From assembly GCA_964016885.1 (NCBI GenBank), contig OZ024742.1, positions 175,150,001 to 175,214,000 on the forward strand: a stretch of 64,000 nt of DNA, read 5' to 3'. The notes below the pieces were generated by a model. That model saw only the letters and a program-made list of their open reading frames with translations, made no database searches and was not told the DNA's origin. The position numbers and the translations under genes are program-made. Below, one piece after another: positions 12,691 through 27,375 of this stretch; the first letter of the stretch is position 1, and each line of letters opens with the position of its first letter. Source of the stretch: Eledone cirrhosa (Eukaryota).

Positions 12691-15600
12691 AATCATCATC
12701 ATCATCATCAACGTTTAACGTCCGTGTTCCACGCTTGCATGGGTTTGGACGGGGGTTTTCTCACTTGAGGCAAGAGTGATCGTCTTGCTCGCATAGGACT
12801 GTCTGGCGGATTTTCTACAGCTGGATACCCTTCCTAACACCAACCACATTTACAGTGTGGGGCTGGGAGGTTTTTACCGTGTTGCCTACACGGCCACATT
12901 ACAGCGTGGACTGTGTGTTTTTTGTCGTGACACCTACACGATCTCATTTGTTTCGGCCTGGATGTTGTGGCACCAACATAACTTTACATTGAAAGGGGCG
13001 GTGTGGATGGGGTGGGGGTGGTGGGACGGGGGTGTATTTTGTTAGAGATGCCAACTGACTGTAGTAGGTTTTACTTTGTATTTGGGTAAGGCCGGTCTTC
13101 TCTATTATTGAGTACCGGCAAAGGTCTCGGTCCAGTGAAATTGTCTTGGAGAGGTGTAAGTGTGTGAGGTCGGAATTTATCAGCTCGTCCCAGGTTTTTC
13201 TGGGTCTGCCTACTCCGTGGCTACCGTCTATCTTTATTGCCCTGCACTTTGTTATACAGCTATCGTCTTTCATGCGCATCACGTGACCATACCAACGTAG
13301 CCTCTCTCGAGTAAACAACATCTGATCCCTCTTATTTCTAATTTTTTCCTTAGTTCGTTTATGCTTTGCCGTTCACGTATATTACTATTACACATCCAGC
13401 GGAGCATGCAAGCTTCGTTCCTCTCTAGTCTGTGTAAATCCTCTGCACACGATGCCCAGGTCTCACTGCCAGCAACATTGCTGTTCGTATGCAGGCGTCA
13501 TACAACCTGCCTTTCATTTTTAGGGAGAACCCTTTAGCGGCTAATAGTGGTATAAGCTCTCTGAACTTTTTCCATCCAGTTCTGACTCTAGCTACTGTAC
13601 TTTCAGAGCACCCTCCCCCACTGCTGATTTTGTCACCCAGGTAACGGAAGCTGTCCACTATTTCTATAGGACCCTCTGCGCAGTTGAAAGAGCTAGTATT
13701 TTGTGGGCACTTGCTGCTACTTATTGCACCAGAGCACCGGCCACATGTAAAATCTATGTTCTTAGTTAGCTTACCTGTGATCCCACTACATCTTTTATGC
13801 ACCCATACTTTGCATTTGGGACACAAAATGGAGTTTCTACCTACGCCTTTCCTACACACTGAGCATGGCCACTTCCCGGAAGTGACCGCCGCCTTATTTT
13901 CTTTCTTACAAACTAGAACTTTAGTCTTAACCAGGTTAATTTTAAGGCCTTTTGATTCTAGGCCGTGCTTGGAATTTCTTCTCTAGCTCGGCCATTGATT
14001 CAGCTATGAGTGTTAGGTCATCTGCGTATAGGAGTTCCCATGGGCAGCCGGTGTTGAACTCCTCTGTTATAGCCTGAAGGGCAATAATAAATAGTAGGGG
14101 GCTGAGAACAGAGCCCTGATGGACGCCAACTTTTACACTAAACTCTTCACTATATTCGTTGTTAATTCTAACCTTGCTGACTGTTTCTTTATACATGGCT
14201 TGTATAGCTCTCACAAGCCATTCGTCAACACCTAGTTTTCTAAGAGCCCATGGAACGGGGGACTCTGTCGAAGGCTTTCTCCAAGTCAACAAAAGCTAAG
14301 TATAGGGGTTTACTTTTAGCTAGGTACTTCTCCTGTAGTTGTTGTACAATGAAAAGAGCGTCTGTGGTACTTTTCCCTGTCACAAACCCGAACTGCATTT
14401 TATCTAGATCAATTCTCTCTCTGATTAGTTGCGCTATTACTTTTTGCGTGACCTTCATGACCTGGTTGATTAATTTAATCCCTCTATAGTTACTCCTATC
14501 TAGGGCATCTCCTTTACCCTTATAACAGTTAATGATGATGCTGCTACGCCAGTCCTTCAGAACAACCCCATTCTGTACGACTTGGTTAACTATCCGGGTG
14601 ACCATGGTGTGTCCCACCGTACCAGATGCCTTCAGCATCTCAGCAACTATTTCCGAAGGCCCAGCCGCCTTACCCGTCTTCATATCTTTGATTGCCTTAC
14701 TTATTATACTACCCTCGACTAACACTGCTGGTCCCTCTATTGGGTCCATGTGGGGGAGACTGTCTTTCTCCCATTTATTCTCCTCATTTAGTAGCCTTTC
14801 GTAGTGACACTTCCAAGCTACCTTCTTATCAGCATCGGTGATGGCAAGTATGCCGTCATCATTAAGGACACACTTCTCCCCGACAATATCATGGGTTTCC
14901 TTGACAAATTGCCTAGCAATCCTGAACACCTCACGTTTTTGGTTCTCGCGTTGTAGAACATGCTTGAACTTTCTTTCCTCTGCTTCCCTTCTTGTGAAGT
15001 ACACCTGTCTCCTAGCTTCCCTCCTGGCCACTTGATAGTCTTCTCTACTTCCCCCATCCCGCCATACTTTCCAAGCCTGCTTTTTGGCCTTAATTGACCC
15101 CTCCACCTTACTGTTCCACCACCATGTTACTCTCCTCCTGCCTACAGGCCTGCTCCAGCCACAGACTTCGTCTGCCGCCATCAGCAGGTTTGCTTTCAGG
15201 AATTCCCACTGTTCCTCTATATTATCTGACTCTAATTGCTCTTCCTTACTGTCGAAAGCATCAAGTAACATGCTTTGAAATTTATTTCTGGCTGTGGGGT
15301 CCTTTAGCTTCCATATTTTTCTCCTGAGGATAGTCCTCTTCTGCTGTCTAGTACGTCTCGTCCTGATTATTAGGTCGCTAATTATCAGTCTATGTTGGGA
15401 GGTGCATTCTTCATGGGGGAGGGATTTAGTGTTTACAACAGACACTCTGTCACGTCTTCTGGTAAGGATATAATCTACCTGGCTTGTGTGTTCCCCCGAT
15501 CTATAGGTGATCAGGTGATTGTCACGTTTTTGAAGTTAGTGTTACAGCTAGTTAGGTTATTTGCGTCACAGAATTCCAGGATTCTGGAGCCTTCCTCATT

Positions 15601-16924
15601 TCTAGTACCAAACCCATAGCCTCCATGGATTTCGTCGTAGCCGTCACAATGTTGTCCAACGTGACCATTTAGGTCGCCTGCAATAATTATATAGTCACTG
15701 TCGGTTATTTGGGTGGTAGTGAGCATCAGTGTCTCATAGAATCTGTCTTTTATAGTGCCGGGCAGTCCGGATTGGGGTGCGTACGCAGATATTACTGTCA
15801 CCGTAGTTCTATTGAGGACAAGTCTTATTTTAATTATTCTGTCGTTCACTCTATTTACGTCTATTATATTATCTGCCCTCTTTTCTGCTACCATGATCCT
15901 ACTCCACCCAGCCCATTGTCATTTCCCACCCAGAAAAGCTTATAGCATCGTTTTTTACCCACAAGGAATCTAGCAGACCCACCCCTCCACCTGGTCTCTT
16001 GAATACAACAAACATCGACCTCCTTACGTTCAAGCATTTCTACAACCTCGTTAGAGCGACCCTTTAAGGTGCCTACATTCATGGCACCAACTCTGAAGTT
16101 TTGGATTTCGTTTGGAGGGTGGGAGCTGTGGGGCGCGGGGGGAGATGGGGTTATGTTAGCCATCCGCGGCCGAAACAAAGAGGAGTGCTCGCATTCTCGT
16201 CCACGAGGTGAATTTGTCTTTATCTTTGGCATTGTCGCTGAGCGTCCAGATTTTTCTCTCTTCAACGCTCCAGAATTCCGTAGTCCATCCATCCATCATA
16301 TCGAAAGGCAACCAGGTAAGCGATAGTATAGGCCTCTGGCTTATGATTGGTCCACGTAATAATAATGGTGGTGCGTGGGTGAGGGCGGGAGGGATGTTGA
16401 GTTGTTAGCGAGAAGGTAAGGTTTAAATAAGATCCTCGTATTTAACAAGCAATAACAAAAATACAAGATTTGTTTTGGAAAATACGACAAAAATACAGGA
16501 GGATTTGTTTTGGAAAAACGATAGAGTAGCGAGTAGCGAGGCAAGATTGGATTCGGGGAAGAGAAAATGCTATAGAATTGTCAGATGGGGTGGACTATGG
16601 AATTGAGTGGAGTGTGGAAAGGGAAGAAAAATGTGTACATTACATTACATTATTCCGTGAAGAAAGCAGCCATGAATTTGGCGAATGTGATTACTTGAGG
16701 GGTTTATCTTATATATATAGATAGAGAGAGAGAGATAGGGGGGGGGCGCATGATGTAGAGTGGGGTGGCTGACCGCGAACCCTCATGATGTAGGGGAGGG
16801 GGAGAAGATAGTAAGAGCGGGAATTAAGAGTTTAAATACGGTCCTCGAAATAACAAATATATTTAAAAAGAATATATAAGAAGAAGAAGGATTTTTGTTT
16901 TGTTTTGAAAAATACGACAGAATT
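12691..16924 (-). mobile_element. Near full-length decayed RTE-clade LINE with (GAT)n 3' tail
   Basis: APE plus RT coding region, tail ...ggacgttaaacgttgatgatgat at 12691-12725, and a 5' UTR with an internal repeat (16420-16520 / 16830-16920). The flanks rejoin as an HHR-bearing pLTR. Confidence 0.92.
13050..16292 (-). pseudogene. RTE ORF: AP endonuclease + reverse transcriptase + PHD-like finger, multiple frameshifts
   Basis: APE motifs: MNVGTL, CCIQETRW, SAYAPQ, AGDLNGHVG, SQHRLII. RT motifs: NYRGIKL, QFGF, FVDLEKAFDRVP, GVHQGSVLSPLLF, YADD, FRYLG. C-terminal LRWYGHVMRM...GRPRKTW. Confidence 0.92.
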
Positions 16925-16959
16925 AAGGTTATATTAGTTTAATGCTTGAAATAGCAGGT

Positions 16960-17000
16960 AGAGAGTCTCAACGTTTCGGACGCAAGTCCTTCATCAGGAG
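16960..17000 (-). ncRNA. Minimal type I hammerhead ribozyme motif (PLE type)
   Basis: Minus strand ctc-CTGATGA-a-GGAC ttgc GTCC-GAAA-CG-TT-gag. The core is intact and AACGTT is palindromic. Confidence 0.85.
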
Positions 17001-19149
17001 AAAGAATGAGAAATTAGAAAGATTATGGGACAGACAAGGTGGTATTGGAAAAAAATGTTTTTAGAGAAAAATAACAGGTCCATTCATGTTACCATCTCTT
17101 GGAAATGTATGTGTGTGTGTGAGTGTGTGTGTGTTTATGTTCCATAACTTTTCTGTTCAACAAAATAGAGATCGATAAAATAAGTACCAGACTTTAAAAA
17201 AAAAGAAATAATAATAATAATGCAGATGTTATTGTATCGGAACCTCTGCTATTTGTAAATTTCTAATTGATGCAGTATTGGAAATGTAGCTAGCTATTTT
17301 TCAAACTTGCCTTTTGACAGCTGTATCAATGAATACAAAAATCATTACATTACAAACAGTCTGTCAACTCATTTTTTACTTTTGACAATATCTTGTGTCC
17401 AAAATATTGTTCATAGGCAGTTAAGTTTTTATTAAAACTCTATTGATTACTGGAAACATTTCAATCATTTAAGAGGTGAAATATTCTTTGCCATTTCCGG
17501 AGTTTTTTGGTTGTAAATCACAAGATTTGGTGAACTTTTGGTATTTCTGAAATAAAACCAGTGAAGTACAAAGCTTCAATTTCTAATGAAAGTTTTCATT
17601 CTTTCGTAGGCAGATTCTAAACATTTCCATTAATCAATTGTGCTTTATTATAGTAAAAATATTATTGGATAAACTTTGTTTTGAAAAGTTATTTTTCAAT
17701 TAAATAACTTTCATATAGATACAGTCATATAAAAAAAATCTTCACAATTAATTCTTTAAGAAAATTCTCCTGGATATATACTGTTTAATTATATTAAAAA
17801 AGTACTTAAAATGTTCCACTTTTTAAATAAAAATATAATGTATTCGAAGAATATAAAAGCAATTAGATTATCTAAATTTCATTTCAAGAATCCAGCATAA
17901 ATATTTCAATGCAATAATTAAAATGGAAGTAGTGTGTTATATTTGTTTGGCAAGTCACTTAATCTGAAACCTTATGTTGAAGCTAAAGCAATTACATGCT
18001 GTGAGATTGATTTTAACCATTGGAAAACACACACAAAACTATTCACTTCACTTTTACATTAATCACATATTTCTTGGTATTGAAATTTTTATCACATTAT
18101 TTGTGAACTGGTCATTGATACCATTCCATTACAACTGATTTGAGATATTTTCTAAAATATTTGTGAACACCGATATTTCATATTTAAAAATAAGAGAAAA
18201 TTTCATATGTAAAAATCCTCCTCAAGACCAGAAATATCAGTCAACAATACACCAAACCATATTTACACTTTCATTACCATATTTCTAACGAAAAACACTA
18301 TCTATGATTTTTAAATCATTGTGAAAAAAAATTAGGAGATTATGAATATACCTAAACTTCTTAACATTAAGAATCTTTATGTTTGGAACATAAAGAATCT
18401 TATATAAAATTATGATGGAAGGATTTTAGATAAATATAAATACTTTAAAACAAACAGTTTTGTATCATAGAACCAGGGCTGGTTTTAGGCAATTTGGTGT
18501 CAAAAGGGTTAAGACTGTACATAGTGTTTTTCCCTATGATGTTTCTACCATACACTTTAATAGTAACAGTATTGTGTCACACAAGGGTAGTGGATTGGCA
18601 CAATTAAAATCCTTCGTGACATTTAGTTATGGCCTTTTACTTTCTGAGTTCATATCATGTCATGATCAACTTTGCCTTTTATTCTTCCGGGATCAATAAA
18701 ATAAGATATCAATCAAGTTGATTTAATAGACTTCCCTCTCCTCCCAAATTACTGGTCTTTTGCCTAAATTAGAAATCAGTATTCTGTCACAGTTAAACAG
18801 TAAAATCCTGTCACACAATGCAATACTAACATTCTCATATCACATAGTTGAACCATAACATCCTACTGTCTTAAAGAACACGTTAGATAATAAAGCCCAT
18901 GATATACACATAAAAGGGATGGTCATAGCTAGAACATATTTGATCCTATGTTTACACTACCAGAGCTCACCTAGAGTTCTACAACAAATACAACATCAAC
19001 TGATTACTGCACTCAGTATTCTTTCATTCAGAATACATTGTCCATTCACAATGTAACAGTCATAACTATTTCATTGGTTTATCCCTTCCAATAATACCTG
19101 ATCATCACAGATACATCAGTGTTAAATCATGTCAGCCATATAGGTTTCT

Positions 19150-19510
19150 ATTTACAATATTGTATGGCAGCAAAACAGGAGTGGAAAGAGCAGAAGATGT
19201 GCAGAAGTTGAAAAGGTTCAAATTAAGAATGCTCTGTTGGATGTGTAATGTTAACATGCAAGAACAATGAAGAGTGGCTGAGCTAAGGGAAAAACAACCT
19301 TAGCATAAGAGAATTGTATGTTTCAGGCAGGAGAAATGATTGTGTAGCTACAGACATGTAAAGCATATGGATGGTGAGTGTTGGTGAAAGAAGTCGAAGG
19401 AAGACCTAGAAAGACGTGGGCAGAGATAGTGGAAGCTAACCTCTAGAAATTACACTCCACAATGTAGATGACAATGGTAAGAACTTGTTTAACCAATTGA
19501 AAAATAGATG
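19150..19510 (+). mobile_element. Heavily decayed RTE 3' fragment
   Basis: Remnants aagaatgctctgttggatgtgtaatg (RMLCWMCN) and ggaagacctagaaagacgtgg (GRPRKTW). Confidence 0.6.
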
Positions 19511-19764
19511 TAAAAACGAGGATGATGACAATGGTGGTGATAGTGGTGGTTAGTATGATGATGTAGGTTGTGGCCGTGGTGGTGTGGATGAAGATGGTGG
19601 TGGTAGAAGTGGTGTTGATGGTGGTGGGTGTTGAGGATGATGATTCTGATAGGGATGATGATGATGATGATGATGCAACAGCAACTCTCCCCACCACCAC
19701 ATGCACACACCCACTTTCTATTAGTTCAGGCTAATTAGCATGCAGATCCCTTTTATACTTCCGG

Positions 19765-20178
19765 GAAAACCTCCCAGCCCCACACTGTAAATGTGGTTGG
19801 TGTTAGGAAGGGCATCTAGCTGTAGAAAACCCGCCAGTCAGTCCACACTGTAATGTGGCCGTGTAGGCAACATGGTAAAAACCTCCCAGCCCCACACTGT
19901 AAATGTGGTTGGTGTTAGGAAGGGCATCCAACTGTAGAAAACCTGCCAGACAGTCCACACTGTAATGTGGCCGTGTAGGCAACACGGTAAAAACCTCCCA
20001 GCCCCACACTGTAAATGTGGTTGGTATTAGGAAGGGCATCCAACTGTAGAAAACCCGCCAGACAGTCCTATGCGAGCAAGACAACCACTCTTGCCTCAAG
20101 TGGGAAAACCCCCGTCCAAACCCATGCAAGCGTGGAACACGGACGCTAAACCTGATGATGATGATGATGATGATGATC
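19765..20178 (+). mobile_element. RTE-3'-end-related retroposon with a tandemly triplicated ~110-bp module and (GAT)n tail
   Basis: aaaacctcccagccccacactgtaaatgtggttggtgttaggaagggcatc occurs 3 times. The 3' part is the near-exact reverse complement of 12691-12910. Confidence 0.85.
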
Positions 20179-20480
20179 CCTTGTATCAGACTAGATAGAG
20201 TCTATCATTTACACAGCAACAAAAGCCAATCCTTCAGATTCTCCTTCACCCACTTAATATGCTAACAACTCCACATTGTCCTAACTAGAACCTAACCACC
20301 ACCAATAACTGTGGAACAGGTTTGAACAAAGTCAAACTGTTGGGTTAATATACTTAATACAATATGAACCTATTTGAAAAACACACCTCACCATGTGTGA
20401 ATATGTGTGTGCACATATACATATATGTGTATATATATGTGTTTCTGTATGGTTCTACATATATGTGTGTGCATATATAT

Positions 20481-20537
<57 letters not shown>

Positions 20538-20554
20538 AATGCATACACACTCAC

Positions 20555-20638
<84 letters not shown>

Positions 20639-21759
20639 GGTGAGTGTGTATGCATTTTGAAGTTTTCATAAAAGTAATACTAAAAGATAGATAGTAAGAA
20701 AAGCTGTGGTATCTTTTAATAGATGATGATGATGATATATTGCATTTAGTTAGGGTAAGTGTGAACAAGACTATTGAATAGAAACATCCAATTAATACTT
20801 TCCAGCTTTCCTCTTTCTTCTCCTTTATATTTGTCTATTTATTTATCTATTTTACTGATTTTGGTCCTAACACCTCCAGCTGTTCAGTATTATAACTTTA
20901 AGCAGACTTTGCAATGATCCTCTTTCCCCAATGTGTATTTTCTTATATATTTATTTATATTTATTTTAACATGTATATATTTATTTATTAATATATTGAT
21001 ATATTTTCATAAATATTGATCAGAGAGAAAAAAATAAAACGCTTTGTTGAAAGTAATTCAATTAATATGTAGAAGTGTGTGTGTGAATGTGGTGGAGTAA
21101 TGTTTTTCTTTGATGCGTAATGTTTCTAATAGAGCAAATAGTTTCTGGGCTGAGAAATATATTTATTTTCTATGAAGCACTAAATGACTTTCCTTTTTTC
21201 ATTGGAATCATTACTTTTACTTTCAGTTTAGTTTTGTTTGGTTTTTCATCGTTTTGTCTTATATGATTAATGCTTTAATTTATTATTTATTTATCAATCG
21301 TTATTTTATGTATATATTTATATATTATTATATATTTCCTTTTTTTGGAGGGGGTTTTCATTGTATTGTTTTTATTTGATTTATGCTTTAATTTCTTTTA
21401 TATTTTAATTTACTTTTAATTTATTTTTTATTCATATATTATTATATTATTTATTTACATATTATGTTTATTCTTTATTCTATTTTTGATTTATATATCT
21501 TATTTATATTTTTTTATATTTTTGTTTTCTTGCCAAAATCTTTCTTCGGAGTGGAATTATTGTCTTCCTTGAAGCTAACAAAAGATTCTATGTGTGTTTT
21601 AGACTTTGTGAGTTCTTTCACTTCTTTTTTATTCATTTTTAAATATATTTTATTTTGTTTCATTTCATTTTAAAAAAATATTTTTATATATTTTGTTTCA
21701 TTAATTTGACTATACTACAATAGATTGAAAAATTAATATATTTTGGTTATATCTCTTGC

Positions 21760-22625
<866 letters not shown>

Positions 22626-23367
22626 GATATCCATGTGTTTGTCTGTGTGGTGTGTTCATATTAATACATTGAGATTTACATGTACATGCATAAATATATA
22701 TAATATTATTCAGAATGTACAGTTTACATGTAAATTATACACATAAGAGATCTTATAAATGTAATATTAAAACATAGATATGCTTATGTCTGCTTTTTCT
22801 ACATTAATAATTGTTTATTTTGTAAATGGATTATTCACATCCTTTCACTTGAAATACTTTTTCTAGGGTTTTTCTTTTCACTTTACATTCTTTTCTCTGT
22901 AAAGTTTTAAGATTTTTAATATATTTCCATTGATTTACATCAGGTTTAATGAATAACAACAGTAGCTGAAAATATTTTCAATGCATTGAAAGTTATCTTT
23001 TCGTAACGCCATGCATAATGCAGTTAAGTAAAATTTCAAATAAAATAAAAATACATATTTGTTAATTTGATGAGTTGAGCATGAATTGAAAGAAGATTTA
23101 TATATCATAGAAGGGAATGTTTTCTTTGAGTATTTTTTGGAGGGGTGAGGCTGACAACTGGCTTTAGATTATCTATGCCTGACTGGTTAACAATTTGTGA
23201 TTGTGGCTTCTTAAATATTTGTTTCTACTTCTGTCTGTATTGAACTATGTTTAGTCTGTTTGTTTGATTAAAAACTTGTGATTGTGGCTTCTTAAACAAT
23301 ATACCCATATCTATGTCTGTCTTTCTATCTGTGTATATCTAACAACTGTTGATTGTGTCTGCTTAAA

Positions 23368-24112
23368 TAATTGTTTCTACTTTAAACACAAGGCCAGCAA
23401 TTACCTAGTACCTACTGGTACTTTATTTTATCGGCCCCATAAGGATGAAAGGCAAAGTTAACCTTGGTGGCCTGTATTGAACTATGGTTTGGATAATATC
23501 TGGTGACCAGGTGTAATTTTGTTTCTAGTAATGTCTTCTTAAGTGTTAATATAGTTTGTTGTTGACTTTGTTTTACAGATCTATCTGTCCAGAGTTAATT
23601 TCTGGTGAGAAGCTATAGTTTTGTCTCTAGTAATCTCTATTTAATGATATCTCTGTGTTGTTGAACTATGTTTAGTCTGCTTGTGGTTAACATCTCAAGA
23701 CCAGATATAATTTTGTTTATAATAATTGTTTCTACTTTAGGCACAAGGCCAGCAATTACCCATTGCATTACTGGTACTTTATTTTATCGACCCCGTAAGG
23801 ATGAAAGGCAAAGTCAACCTCGGCTGGATTTGAACTCAGATCGAAAAGGGACGTAACTATGCTGGAAAGCATGGCGTCCAACCCTCTACCGATACTGCCA
23901 ATTCACCGATTTTGTTTATAATAATTGTTTCTACTTTTGGCACAAGGCCAGCAATTACCCAATGCATTACTGGTACTTTATTCTATCGACCCCGGAAGGA
24001 TGAAAGGCAAAGTTAACCTCTGCGGGATTTGAACTCAGATCATACAGGGAGGTAACTCCATGCTTCAAAACATGGCATCCGATCCTCTACCGATACTGCC
24101 AATCCACCGCCT
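23368..24112 (-). mobile_element. Cluster of three tRNA-derived SINE copies with a Nin/Deu-like core
   Basis: Copies at ~23368-23470, 23720-23908 and 23920-24112. The minus strand has B-box gagttcaaatcc, then gcctttcatcct...ggggtcgataaaat...gtacc and an (ATT)n tail. Confidence 0.8.
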
Positions 24113-25179
24113 TTGTTTATAATAATGTTTTCTAAAATGACATAGTTATGTCTGTGGTGTTGAACTATGCTTGGTCTGTCTGCCTGTCATTTGAGAGTTT
24201 ATCTTCATAAATACAATCCCTGCCTGAAGTAAATGATGCTGTTATCTACCAACAGGTTAGCCTTGGTTGAACATATTTTATTATCAAAGGCATCCCAACT
24301 GTGATCATCCCTTCTTTTTCAGAGTATTTCAGATTATGTTTTCTTATATATTCTTTCCATATAAGAAAGCAAAATGTAATTTCAAGAAAATTTGGCTGCT
24401 ATTTCTAGAAGGTCACGTGAGTATATTGTACATGTTTCCTTGTTGACTAATATTTAGCTATATTAGTTCTGTAATATCAACTCCAGATTTGACAATTCCA
24501 AGGAAACAAAATCAAAAGAATTATTTAGATATTTGTGTACATGCAAATATGTACACACACATTCAAATGCATGCATACACATATACAGGTACACATGCAA
24601 GCACACACATATACAGGTACACATGCAAGCACACAAACTATAGCAATTACAATGTGGCAAATTATGAGAAATTAAACTTCTCTCCTTAAGTGTTAGTGCT
24701 GGTGCTACGGTAAATTGCACTCAGTTTACTCTGTAAAGCGTTAATGCACCCAGTACACTTTCTGTAGTTTGCATTAAGAACTACATCCATCCATAGAAAC
24801 CATGGCAAAAGTGCAACATATGAGCAAGCCAGAGTATCCAAAATGTCTGGTCATGGATAATGATAACCTGATAAAACTATTCCAGTATGGAAAGTGAACA
24901 TAAAAGGCCAACAAGGATGATGAATTGTGACTGAAAATATCTTGGTTAGGACAGCTTATAGTTTTAAAGTTGGATGGTATATGAAGGTCGGCTGACATGT
25001 TTATAGGCTAACTAAGATATTCTCATGGAATGACCAAATGAGATTTATTTTTCAATATAATCGTTGGAAAGAAACAATGCTGTTATTAATAAAATTTGAA
25101 ATTACTGCATGAAAGATTTCACAGCTCTATCATAACTCCTTCATATTCAGCCTATGAACCGTTCAGTCAACCCTCGTAT

Positions 25180-25590
25180 ATCCGATGCATATGATGGTAT
25201 ATATTAGATGTATATGATGGTATATATCAGATGTACAAGATGGTATATATCAGATCTATATGATGGTATATATCAGATGTACATGATGGTATATATCAGA
25301 TGTACAAGATGGTATATATCAGATGTATCATACATGATGGTATATATCAGATGTATACAATGGTATATATCAGATGTATCATACATGATGGTATATATCA
25401 GATGTACATGATGGTATATATCAGATGTACAAGATGGTATATATCAGATGTATACAATGGTATATATCAGATGTATCATACATGATGGTATATATCAGAT
25501 GTATACAATGGTATATATCAGATGTATCATACATGATGGTATATATCAGATGTATATGATGGTATATATCAGATGTACATGATGGTATAC
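25180..25590. repeat. Minisatellite with 23/28-bp units (atggtatatatcagatgta...)
   Basis: About 16 tandem copies of atggtatatatcagatgta with caag/catg/taca/tcatacatg linkers. Confidence 0.9.
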
Positions 25591-26409
25591 AAATGATTAT
25601 TATGATGTCATTTCTATGATGTTTATGATGGTGGGAATGGTAGTATCACAATAAAAGGGACCCAGTTCATAGCTGGTAGTGGTGGTACTATGATAATACA
25701 CATCCAGTCCAACTTGTCAGCCCGTAGTGGTGATGGCATGATAATACACATCCAATCCACCCTCTCAGCTTGTAGAGGTGATGCCATGATAAAACACACC
25801 CATTCCATCCTGCAAGATGGTAGCAGGGGTGTAATTATAACACACACCTAATATATGCTGTAAAATGGGTGGTATTAGGAAGAACATCCAGCCTGAGAAA
25901 ACATGCCAGAATGGAATGTATGAGTGAGACACAGTGATCTAGCCTTAGAGCATGACAACCTGTTTAATCCATGCAAAAATGGAAAATAGATGTAAAATAG
26001 TGAAAAGGAGTATGATGATTATAATGATGTAACAATGAGGATGGTGATGATAATAATGAGGATGATGATGACGTTAATGTAACAATGATGATGGTGATGA
26101 TGACAATGATGATAGTAATTACTGATTTGGTATTAACCTGGAATCAATAATTTTATGTTTCTTAAATGTGTTTAAAAATGAAATTCCTGAGATGGTAACA
26201 AGCTGTAATTGCTTTCTAACTCTTATTGGAATCTATTGTTACCTTTGTCATTCATTAATGTTTTTTTATCACCTCTAATAACTAACATTTCCCTCCTAAA
26301 TCTCTCAAAATAAATATATATTTTCTGTTAGAATAAATCTTATTAAATTTGCAAAGGTCAAAAAAAGACAGCAAGCTATTATTTTAGATTTATCCTTTTA
26401 CATTCTTTT

Positions 26410-27375
26410 TTTATTGTTATATGACATTTGCACAATGGTTAGAGAGATATCGGGATTGGTAAACCAGATTAAGATGTCATTTGCAGTATTATGGATTGCC
26501 TCCTGGTCACCAGGAAAACGTCTGAGTGAGAAATCCCGATGAAAATGGAGCACAGTCTAGTCAGGTTCCCCACAGTCATATACTGGGCAGGCTGTCTTAT
26601 ATTTTCCATCAATGAATGTGATGGGCTGTCCTGGCATGTATTGTATGGATCCAATTAAGAGATACCAATTGCTTTCTAGGAAGGTCAAAGCTGACTGATT
26701 TAGATAGGGTGTGCTGGATGAGGTCTTTGTTGGTAAATTTGAACTCATTCCATGATCTTTCCCACTCTTCCTTCAGATCAAAATGATTGTCTTGAAGGGT
26801 CTTTATTGATTCCCAGAATGGTTTGCGTGATTTTAAGTGCATATTTGGACGGTTTTTCAGGTCTTCATGGATGGGAAGCTTGGGCTTGGACTTGGTAAGA
26901 AGTGCTGCCTCATTAATCATCTCCTGATGCTGCACATGGGAAGGAGTTATCTGAGGAAAGGTTGGCAGCTATTGAGTATCTGTAGATTTCAGTGTGCCAA
27001 ATACTATTCTCATTGCCGAGATTAGCATTGTGTCAACTTGCTTGGCATAGCAGCTCCCTGCCCAGACCATGCAGTTTAGAGTGTGTGAATATCAGACCAC
27101 CAGCTGTTACCTGCTAACTTGCAGATGATATTAATCCTAGTTTTGATCTTTCCTGCAACCCTCTTTAGGTGCTCCGGGTAGGTCAGCCTGCAATCCAATG
27201 TTACACCAAGATATTTGGGGTGTGGCTCATTCTTGACATGTCTACCACAGAGACCTTGAGTTCCATCCTAGCTTGTTTGGTGCTGAAATGGAAGGCTGTC
27301 ATGGTAGTCTTGCTTGGGTTGAGCTGAAGGTGCTGGTAGGAGTAGTGGTCTTCCATCATCTTTAGATCTTCTTTA
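26410..27375 (-). pseudogene. Decayed non-LTR retrotransposon, RT C-terminal region (Jockey/L2/Daphne-like)
   Basis: LQLNPSKT...FHF, PKYLGVTLD, KIKTRINIICKL, KSRKPFW, LPRKQLVSLN and CGEPD remnants across frames. Confidence 0.7.

Noticed and set aside
25180-25590. CRISPR-like repeat-spacer pattern
   Set aside because: The linkers are only 4-9 nt and recur, so this is a minisatellite.
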